Shown: piece after piece, positions 1-7,229 of the stretch
How the letters are laid out: each line of letters starts with the position of its first letter
Numbering within the stretch: position 1 is the first letter of the stretch
Source of the DNA: Selaginella moellendorffii
Taxonomy: Eukaryota; Plantae; Lycopodiophyta
NCBI RefSeq assembly: GCF_000143415.4
Contig: NW_003314271.1
Span: forward strand, 1,394,141 to 1,406,586
Length of the DNA stretch: 12,446 nt
Reading direction: 5' to 3'
Notes under the pieces: generated by a model
The model's input: only the letters and a program-made list of their open reading frames with translations
What the model was told of the DNA's origin: nothing
Database searches by the model: none
Position numbers and translations under genes: made by a program

Positions 1-122
1 GAGCTCATGGTGAGTTTAGAATTATCTATCAACCCTCATCTACAATCCACTGATCCTGCTCTCCACGAATTTCAAACCACTTTGAGCTCATGGTGAGTTT
101 AGAATTATCTATCAACCCTCAT
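1..122 (+). repeat. Direct repeat of 39 bp (1-39 and 84-122; period 83), first copy probably truncated by the window edge
   Basis: GAGCTCATGGTGAGTTTAGAATTATCTATCAACCCTCAT occurs identically at 1-39 and 84-122. Confidence 0.95.
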
Positions 123-134
123 AAACCATCTTAC

Positions 135-213
<79 letters not shown>

Positions 214-222
214 CATATACAT

Positions 223-267
<45 letters not shown>

Positions 268-492
268 CATATATATACATATATATGTGTGTGTGTATAT
301 GTCTATATGTATATGTATATGTATGTGTATATATATAGAATAAAAAAAATTATATAAACTTAATGATTTTTGTACTTATCCAGCAATTACTATCTTATAA
401 GATGGTTTATGAGGGTTTATAGATAATTCTAAACTCACCATGAGCTCAAAGTGGTTTGAAATTCTTCCAGAGCAGGATCAGTGGATTGTAGA
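39..492. repeat. Inverted repeat with 95-bp arms (39-133 and 398-492) enclosing the TA microsatellite
   Basis: The reverse complement of 39-133 matches 398-492 with 4 mismatches by hand alignment and no gaps. Confidence 0.95.
138..337. repeat. Compound microsatellite: perfect (TA)n at 138-209, then degenerate TACA/TA/TG/TATG units
   Basis: Directly visible in the sequence. Confidence 0.99.
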
Positions 493-1325
493 AATATCAC
501 CAAGTCTTCCAGCTTTGAGCGGGCAAGTGTTTCCCTGAAGAGGTGCTTTATCTTCAAGGATGTGAAATCCAGCAAATATCAACTGCTGCTTGACGAAGTA
601 GACGAGGAATTCCACCGTACCAATCGTAGTACAAGTCAGTTGCTTTGATGCGTGCATCCAACTGATCTGCCTCGTTCAGAAGTGCCAGCTGTGGAGACGA
701 CTGTTTCGAATACATGATGCACCGGCAGTCACTCGGCTCGCTACTCCCAGCTTCTTTCAGCAGTCTATCAGCTTCTTCCCGCATTTCCTTGCTCTCAAGC
801 TTCCACAGGCCTAGCAACGCCTCAAACTCGTCCTTATCCCAAGGGTGAACGAAGAACCCCTACTGGCTTCACGCTCTTGATGCTGCTACCAATACCCTGC
901 TGCCCAGAGGATCTCCACTCTCAATTTTCTGGTCAATGAGGTATTCCTCCAATCGACTCAAGGGGTACTCCGTCTTCTCATGGATGGATACCTGGCCTTC
1001 GGACGTGAATTCCCAGATAAGGTTCCCAGATTGGAAGACGACGACGAAGCTGGTGTTCCTAATGGTCTTCTGAATGCCGAACCGGATGAGGAAGTACCAG
1101 AGAAATGCCGACTTTCCAACGCCAGGATTCCCGTTGAGGCGCCCTAACCAATCCATAGACACTGCAGCTTCTATGGCCGAGTAGAGATCATTGAAATCCT
1201 TGCGCACGTACAGCCTTGTAATGAGGTCTTCTCAGGGCTTGATATTTCGCAGGCACACTCAAATCTATGAACTTGCCAGCGGCGTATAAGCACCCCTCCC
1301 CACCCCCGGGTTTCTATCCTAAAGC
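435..1325 (-). pseudogene. Inverted, truncated and frameshifted paralog of the adjacent CR-NTPase gene (covers the NTPase region only)
   Basis: Minus-strand ORFs 869-1207 (GNPGVGKSAFLWYFL) and 554-817 (YYDWYGGIPRLL) are near-identical to the 1461-2744 ORF. A further frame (about 578-468) reads [37 protein letters not shown] versus YLLDFASSKIKYLFTETLVRTKQEDFRTLVQSTDPEL. Deletions relative to the intact gene are about 17, 5, 9, 19, 11 and 157 bp (the last corresponds to about 2341-2497). No PHD, REase or Rho_N part is present. Confidence 0.92.
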
Positions 1326-1460
1326 GTTCATCCCTTTGAGCCAGAATATTTTACGTATATCTGGCGGCTCCATCCAACGGCCCAAATTCTCGGGTAAAAA
1401 AGCGAAACGTGCTTAATAAATGAAAGGAAAACATGGAACCTAGATCCAATTAAGGGTCGA

Positions 1461-3753
1461 ATGGGGTGCCGGAGTCGGAGTCGGAGTCCAGCGACGATCG
1501 ATGGTAGGAAGCGTTTGCGAACTGATGAGAAGTTTAGCGAAACCGGGGCGGCGCTTAGCGCGTGGTGGGGAGGGGTGCTCAACCAACAGCCGGAAGTATA
1601 CGCCGCTGGCAAGTTCATAGATTTGAGTGTGCCTGCGAAATATCGAACCCTGAGAGGACCTCGAGGCATTACAAGGCTGTACGTGCGCAAGGATTTCGAT
1701 GATCTCTACTCGGCCATAGAAGCTGCAGTGTCTATGGATTGGTTAGGGCTCCTCAACGGGAATCCTGGCGTCGGAAAGTCGGCATTCCTCTGGTACTTCC
1801 TCATCCGGTTCGGCATTGAGATGACCATTGAGAACACCAGCTTCGTCGTCGTCTACCAGTCCGCGGACTTTATCTGGGAATTCACGTCCTTAGGCCAGGT
1901 ATCCATCCATGAGAAGACGGATTACCCCTTGAGTCGATTGCAGCGATGTGTGGTTCACCTCATCGACCAGAAAATTGAGAGTGGAGATCCTCTGGGCAAA
2001 AGGATATTGGTAGCAGCATCCCCCGGTCGTAGAAACATCAAGAGCGCGAAGCCAATAGGGGTCAAAAGCAAGTTCTTCGTTCACCCCTGGGATAAGGACG
2101 AGTTTGAGGCGTTGCTAGGCCTGTGGGAGCTTGAGAGCAAGGAAATGCGGGAAGAAGCTGATAGACTGCTGAAGACGAGCGAGCCGAGTGACCGCCGGTG
2201 GAAGACGTATTCGGAAGAGTGGTCTCCACGGGTGGCTCTTCTGGATGAGGCAGATCGGTTGGATGCACGCATCAAAGCAGCTGACTTGTACTACGACTGG
2301 TACGGTGGGATTCCTCGTCTACTTCGTGACGCAGCGGTTGGCGATCTGGATGACCAAGCCTGTGAGAGGAATGTTCAGACCAGTCTCTGCAATACGGACT
2401 TGCCAAAAGTCTATCGGGCTATCCTTTCCGGGGCGACGTCTGACGACATATCGTGGTTGCTGCTTCACTTCAAGCGGCCTCTTGTCAAGGGTGCCAGATA
2501 CTTGCTGGATTTTGCATCCTCCAAGATTAAGTATCTCTTCACAGAAACGCTCGTCAGAACGAAACAGGAAGACTTTAGGACACTTGTACAGTCCACTGAT
2601 CCCGAGCTTGGTGCTCTACGGGGATATGTCTTTGAGCAGGAAGTTGTCCGGCTAGTGCTAGACAGCAATTTCGCTGCCGTCACCTTGGTGAGTGGACTGG
2701 TTTTATGTTTCCCTCCCTTTCATCACAAGTGTTTTGCAGATTGATAACAAGCACTGTAGTCGGTGCCAAGCGCGCGTCGTGGAAGAAGGAGCAAATCGTC
2801 GGTTGATTGTTTGTAGACAATGCCGAAAATGGTACCATCAGGAGTGTGCTCGTTGTCCACTACCTGTTCCTAAATTGTGGAACTGTCAATCTTGCGAAGG
2901 AGAGACAATCCATGAAGGCATAGGCACTGGCGGTCTGAGGCTAAGGTATTACAACGGTGACTTGAAAACTGCGCTCCTGGCTGCAGGTAAGGTGTGAGAT
3001 TTTCTGCTTACAATATTCGCATTCCTTCCCATTTGCTGCAGGTCGCAATGCTAAAGACTTTGTGTGGAGGCCAATAAATAAAAGCAACGCTGCTTTCGAT
3101 TTTGCAATCCCCCCTCGGGTTCTTGGCCAAGCCACAGTTGCCAGCGAGCACCCGGTGCCACGGGAGGCCGTGGAGGAAGGTGTGGCTGCTCTGGACGCAT
3201 GGAACAACGAGTACAACAAGGACCTCATGGATCCCCGGCAGCGGTACGTATTGTTTTCTACAGGCAACTCTTCAATCACTCATTGATTCATTTTAGGGAG
3301 TATATCTTGGCGTTCTACTTAGCTCGAGGCAACTTCGAACGTTTCGGGTACCAGAGCTACCGGGACAAGCATCGGCATGTTTGCAACAAAGCCGTAAAAG
3401 GTTGTAAATCGTTCGTTTTAAGCGTCACACTTACTTTTGAGTGTGTTACAGGAATTATCCAAGTCAAGATTTTGATCGAAACCTACGAGTTGCTTCAGTT
3501 AGCACATCCAGTTGCGGGCTCCGTGGATAAATTGATCGACCTTGAGTACCAGGAGCAGTATGACCTCCATAAAATGACGGTTCGGGAACTCAAGGATTTG
3601 GCGAAGTCTTGGGGTCTTAAAGGCTATTCCTCCCTCAAGAAGGATGCATTGATCGAGGCATTAAATGCTTGGGAGGAGCCACAAGTGCTTGAAAGCCGAG
3701 AGTACGAGAGCAAGTCGTACCAAGAAATGTATGGAGATAGAGTTGTCGTTTGA
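1461..3753 (+). CDS. Spliced gene encoding a Crinkler/RHS (CR)-type P-loop NTPase + restriction-endonuclease-fold protein with an inserted PHD finger and a C-terminal Rho_N/HeH-like domain. Exons 1461-2687, 2740-2986, 3042-3243, 3297-3753, with a probable additional in-frame intron at 3401-3451. About 710 aa, or 693 aa if that intron is removed.
   Basis: Three GT-AG introns of 52, 55 and 53 bp (GTGAGT..TGCAG phase 0, GTAAGG..TGCAG phase 1, GTACGT..TTTAG phase 2) join ORFs 1461, 2692, 3062 and 3199 in frame with no stops. The motif order is typical of CR proteins: LYVR, GNPGVGKS, HLID, AASP, PW-x3-E, GGIPR, RGYVFE, P-x4-N-x3-D, QATV-x3-H, F-x2-F-x2-Q. Confidence 0.85.
1677..2325 (+). other. 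CR-type (STAND/AAA+-related) P-loop NTPase domain
   Basis: LYVRKDF, Walker A GNPGVGKS (1758-1781), Walker B-like VVHLID, ILVAASP, FFVHPWDKDE and the terminal WYGGIPR (GxP-R) motif. Confidence 0.85.
2619..3480 (+). other. CR-associated restriction-endonuclease-fold (PD-(D/E)xK-like) domain, interrupted by the PHD finger
   Basis: Helix RGYVFE (2619-2636), then WRPINKSNAAFDF (Asp at 3098), GQATVASEH (Gln 3128, His 3149), LAFYLARGNFERFGYQSY and IIQVKILI. This matches the G-x2-FE...P-x-N-x3-D...Q-x-T-x4-H pattern I recall for Crinkler/RHS C-terminal nucleases. Confidence 0.75.
2755..2895 (+). other. PHD-type zinc finger (C4HC3)
   Basis: CSRC-x15-CRQC-x4-HQEC-x10-WNCQSC. It has all eight ligands and the diagnostic Trp two residues before the last Cys pair. 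Confidence 0.9.
3565..3669 (+). other. Rho termination factor N-terminal (Rho_N) / HeH-like nucleic-acid-binding module
   Basis: LHKMTVRELKDLAKSWGLKGYSSLKKDALIEAL fits L-x2-MTV-x-ELK-x2-AK-x2-G-(I/L)-x-GYS-x-(L/M)-KK-x2-LI. Confidence 0.88.
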
Positions 3754-3782
3754 TGAAACCTGAATCTTAAGAATGTTTGGCT

Positions 3783-4200
3783 TATCATTTCAGTCATTGT
3801 CTCTGCATCTTGGATATGCCCAGACTGGGAATATGCCTGGATCACATAAATGCGATCCTGGCGATGTCCGTCCACTCTGGGAATCTTGCTGCCGCCAAAG
3901 AGATCCCGTCTTGGAATTCTCTCTGGACTTGGAACGCTGGAGAAATCTGAGCGCATCGTCGCTATGTTCGTTCTCGACGCAGGCACTGATCATGATGTTC
4001 CACGAGGTGTTAAACACTTGCTTGGCGACATCCACACGGCCACACTTCCCATGCATTTGAACTTGGCATCGCGATCGCGGGTTCTAACGCCGCTGCTAGC
4101 GATCCACCTTCCGGCTGGAACCCCTGGCTATCCCTTGATCGATGGATCTCTTTTCCTCTAACGAGATCTCTCGCGGCACAGCACTCCCGCAGAGCTGGGA
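3783..4200 (-). pseudogene. Degenerate PLS-class pentatricopeptide repeat (PPR) gene fragment
   Basis: PPR-type motifs are split across three separate ORFs: ALRECCAARDLVRGKEIH (4195-4142), MHGKCGRVDVAKQVFNTSWNIMISACVENEHSDDALRFL (from 4056) and VIQAYSQSGHIQDA (about 3846-3804). There is no continuous ORF. Confidence 0.8.
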
Positions 4201-4290
4201 GTGGCGTTCCACGAAATCTTCCAGTGACGAACAAGCGATCAAGCGTTGGTTCATACAAGATGGGAATTCTACAAAGGATTTTTCTCTCTT

Positions 4291-5937
4291 TCACTGCCAG
4301 CTCCTCGTCTTCGTTCTCGCGGCGACGATCCAACACAAGCAAGCTCCAATAGCGCTGGCGGCGCTGAGAGCCGCGAATCCTCTTCGAAAGCAATGACCCC
4401 CATGGCACACCGATTCCCGGCCAGCCTCGCGATCATAGAAGTAGCCCACCACCCTGGACGAGAGAAGATAATGGCCGACTGGATTCCCCACGAGGAGAGC
4501 GTTGAACACCACGCCCAGCCTCCTCTCTCCAAACATCTCGCAGGCTATGGCGGCGGTGAGCCCCCAGTTCGCTCCATCGCTCGCCGCTCCCAGCACCGCC
4601 GCGAAGATCGCCGCTCCAGGGACCGGGACCGCCGCCAGCGCCGTGCCGATCGAGTTGGAGGCCATCCCCAGCGCCAGAAACGTGGATTTGGGAGTGCCAA
4701 ATCGCTTCAGGCAGTAGTCCGCGGCCAGGCCGGCGGCGATCCTCGCGAAGCAGCTACTCACGCAGAAGAGCGACACGAAAACGGAGCCTATCTTCTGCGA
4801 GTAGCCGAGAGAGATCGCGAGTTGGGTGAGATTGGTGGGGACTGCATTGGCGGCGCCGAATCCAAACACCAGCGCGACGAACAGTAGCCAGAAATCCACG
4901 CTGGTGGCGACCTGGGCAAGCGTGTGATCATCGCCAAGTCTAGGTGGTGGTGATGTTCTTCCTGTCTCGTGATCTTTGGTCGCCCCTGTTTCTAGCAGAG
5001 CCTCTGTTCTTCCAGCTGGTTCCTTCTCGTCGTGATCTAGCAGGGCCTCCCTCGCAGATCCTGCTACCTTGCGATCTAGCACTCCCCTTCGCGATATCAG
5101 CTGTTCCTCACGATCCAGCAAAGTTGCATTCCAATCTTTGTCTTGGAATCCCGCCACCAACGCGATCACAGCCAGTAGCAGCAGCAAGAGCACGATGATC
5201 GAGCAGACAATCACCTGTGTACCACGAGTGAATCGCATGAACACCTCAAGAACACTCACGACCAGGAGCCACGCTGCTAGCGCCACCAGGCTTCCGGACA
5301 TGCCGTACATGCCACCGTACGGCACCGGCGGAGACCCCACCGTACGAGAGAGGGGCCTCGCCGCGAGAGCCAATGGAAGCATGAGAGGGATCATCCACGA
5401 GAGCATCAACGGGAGCCCATCGCCGCTACCACCGCCGCCACTAATCGCGTAGAACGCCTGGAGGAAGATCGATCCGCCCAACACATGGTAGCCCTTGACC
5501 AATCCCAGCACCGCGCCCGTGTCGCGGCCGAAATTCCTGGCGCTCGCCAGCACCACCGGCGTCTGGACCGACGCCTGGGAGATCCCAATCAGGAGCTCGT
5601 AGAGACAGAGCTGCCACACCGCAGCGCCATGGATCCGGTGCGTGATGGTGAGCCAGATCATGAGGAGCGCCACGCTCTGGCCGGCAGCTCCGGCGGCGAG
5701 CAGCAGCCATGGTGGGACTAGGGCGTACAGAAGTCCTGGGATGATCCCGAGCGCGCTGCCGACGCCCGAGAAGGTGGTGATTGCCGTCAGGGTCTTTTGA
5801 TCCAGCGCCATGGCGATCTTCATCGCCTGGGAGTAGCCGCTAAAAGTGTAGATCGAGGAATTCAACACCATGATCCAGCAGCTGGCCGCCAGTGCGATCC
5901 ATCGGCTGTTCCTGAGATCCCATTCCATTGCTTTCAT
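4291..5937 (-). CDS. Nodulin-like / NFD4-like major facilitator superfamily transporter (548 aa, apparently intronless)
   Basis: Long GC-rich ORF with many hydrophobic segments and family motifs: SRWIALAASCWI, YTFSGYSQAMK, RNF-x3-G-x-V-x-GL-x-KGY, LGDDHTLAQ-x4-DFWLLF, ELFG-like EMFG, NPVG-x-YLLS-x4-G-x2-YD-x-EA, C-x-G-x2-CF. Confidence 0.93.
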   Translation of the reverse strand: MKAMEWDLRNSRWIALAASCWIMVLNSSIYTFSGYSQAMKIAMALDQKTLTAITTFSGVGSALGIIPGLLYALVPPWLLLAAGAAGQSVALLMIWLTITHRIHGAAVWQLCLYELLIGISQASVQTPVVLASARNFGRDTGAVLGLVKGYHVLGGSIFLQAFYAISGGGGSGDGLPLMLSWMIPLMLPLALAARPLSRTVGSPPVPYGGMYGMSGSLVALAAWLLVVSVLEVFMRFTRGTQVIVCSIIVLLLLLLAVIALVAGFQDKDWNATLLDREEQLISRRGVLDRKVAGSAREALLDHDEKEPAGRTEALLETGATKDHETGRTSPPPRLGDDHTLAQVATSVDFWLLFVALVFGFGAANAVPTNLTQLAISLGYSQKIGSVFVSLFCVSSCFARIAAGLAADYCLKRFGTPKSTFLALGMASNSIGTALAAVPVPGAAIFAAVLGAASDGANWGLTAAIACEMFGERRLGVVFNALLVGNPVGHYLLSSRVVGYFYDREAGRESVCHGGHCFRRGFAALSAASAIGACLCWIVAARTKTRSWQ

Positions 5938-5976
5938 ATTTGCATGGAATGCTTCATTTCATATTTGCATAGAATG
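5932..5976. repeat. Short tandem duplication of 20 bp (5932-5951 and 5957-5976) spanning the MFS start codon
   Basis: TTTCATATTTGCATGGAATG versus TTTCATATTTGCATAGAATG, 19/20 identical. Confidence 0.85.
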
Positions 5977-6070
5977 TTTTTAATTGAATTATTTATTTCC
6001 TTATTAGCATGAGGGAAATTTTAAGTAGCATTTATCAAATATAAATTAAAATAAATTATAAAAATTAAAA

Positions 6071-6605
6071 TATTAATTCACTTACCAACTTTGTCTTTTC
6101 ATTCGTCTTGAAAATACTTGATACTTTATAAATCTTATTCCCGATTTAGAGATTTATTACCCCTATGAATGGCATCTTTGCCATTGTGCCATTACAGTTG
6201 GACTTGGTCTGTCCAAGTGCTCCACATGTCCATTTTCATTACAAACACCCACATTAATATATTAATTTATTACACTAATGTTATATTTATTTACTTTTGT
6301 CTCTTTGGTAAACTAATGCCATCTATACTGCAGTCCTATCTCCTAAAAATTAAGTCACCAATGAGTGATCATCTTATGATCACACCTTAGCACCTTTGGC
6401 CTTAATATAATAAGTTGATATATTAATAGTACCTTTAAGTGTTTATAATGGGAATGGACATGTGAAGCACTTGGACCAAATGTAATAATAGAGTAGCAAA
6501 GAGGCCATTCATGGGTTTAATAAGTCCTTAAGTTGGGAATATAATTTATAGAGGTTGAGAGTGAAACTCTTCCAAGTGGTCAAAGGTGTGGTTAAATAAT
6601 TAATA
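6071..6605. mobile_element. Non-coding MITE / fold-back-like element with long imperfect terminal inverted repeats
   Basis: 6127-6248 aligns with the reverse complement of 6439-6550 (for example GTCCAAGTGCTCCACATGTCCATT versus AATGGACATGTGAAGCACTTGGAC, and ATGAATGGCATCTTTGC versus GCAAAGAGGCCATTCAT). Weaker similarity extends inward to about 6270/6410 and outward to about 6071/6605. AT-rich context. The outer boundaries and TSD are uncertain. Confidence 0.7.
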
Positions 6606-6930
6606 TAAAATGGAAAAATTAATCACTAAATGAATTTTTTTGTTTGTAACTCCTTGATATAAATTATTATTAATAAGTATTATTTGATATTTATTATATC
6701 TCCATATTAGGCATTTCCACATTTTATCCTTCATTTTAATTAAATAGTTTTTATCTTTAATAAAACTATCCCTCATATTATCCATGTTGCAACCTTTCCT
6801 ATATTTTCTGTATAATACTTATTATATATCACTGAACATTTGAAGTGTTTGATACATTGGTAATAAATCTTGTTTAGAAATGTAAGACCAAATTTTAAGT
6901 TATAAAATATCTTTTATAAATGATTCAAGT

Positions 6931-7105
6931 TGTGAATGTGTAGAATATAGAAAGAGAATACAAAAATGTGCCTATTAATTAACCCAAAAATCCTAACTTA
7001 TATACAAAAACAAATGGTTTAGATTGAAACCAATTTAACAACTACCAAAATCCCACTTCGCTAATATTAGTATATAATATCGTATCCGTAAACTTAGACC
7101 TCATA
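6931..7105 (-). repeat. 3' LTR (175 bp)
   Basis: Aligns end to end with 11648-11819, with about 30 substitutions and 2 small indels by hand count. Begins TGTGA on the + strand. Confidence 0.9.
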
Positions 7106-7119
7106 TCATCCCCTCATTC
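7106..7119 (-). other. Polypurine tract (PPT)
   Basis: Minus strand reads GAATGAGGGGATGA immediately 5' of the 3' LTR. Confidence 0.75.
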
Positions 7120-7229
7120 GGAATGATAGAAGACCATTAGAGTTCTTTCATGGATGGGCCGGGATCTGGAGGAACATCATGAGGAGGCATCAGTGGATTT
7201 GTAAGTGGTGCCAGTTGTTCTTAATCCCT

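Noticed and set aside
90-338. 82-aa ORF rich in YI repeats
   Set aside because: It is a translation of the (TA)n microsatellite and not a gene.
1-492. Repeated 39-bp unit with an intervening sequence, superficially CRISPR-like
   Set aside because: There are only two direct copies plus one inverted copy, the intervening sequence is itself repeated, the context is eukaryotic and there are no cas genes.
1404-1421. AACGTG and TAATAAAT as promoter elements of the CR gene
   Set aside because: Too short and degenerate to support without TSS data.
1461-2744. 427-aa ORF as a complete stand-alone protein, or as an NB-ARC/NLR gene
   Set aside because: Its end runs into a clear intron at 2688. The motifs match CR-type NTPases, and there are no RNBS/MHD motifs, LRR, TIR or CC domains.
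1328-3296. Alternative-frame and antisense ORFs (1328-1690, 1890-2084, 2062-2268, 2081-2275, 2188-2655, 2465-2683, 2941-3279, 3102-3296)
   Set aside because: These are shadows of the real CDS with no recognisable motifs.
5938-5970. Two ATTTGCAT octamer motifs
   Set aside because: The octamer is bound by animal POU factors. Here it is a by-product of the 20-bp duplication in a plant context.
4142-6012. Plus-strand and off-frame ORFs overlapping the MFS gene (for example 4246-4887, 213 aa, Arg-rich)
   Set aside because: They are expected stop-poor shadow frames of a GC-rich CDS.
6169-6785. Short ORFs 6169-6390 and 6600-6785
   Set aside because: They lie in AT-rich MITE or intergenic DNA and have no motifs.
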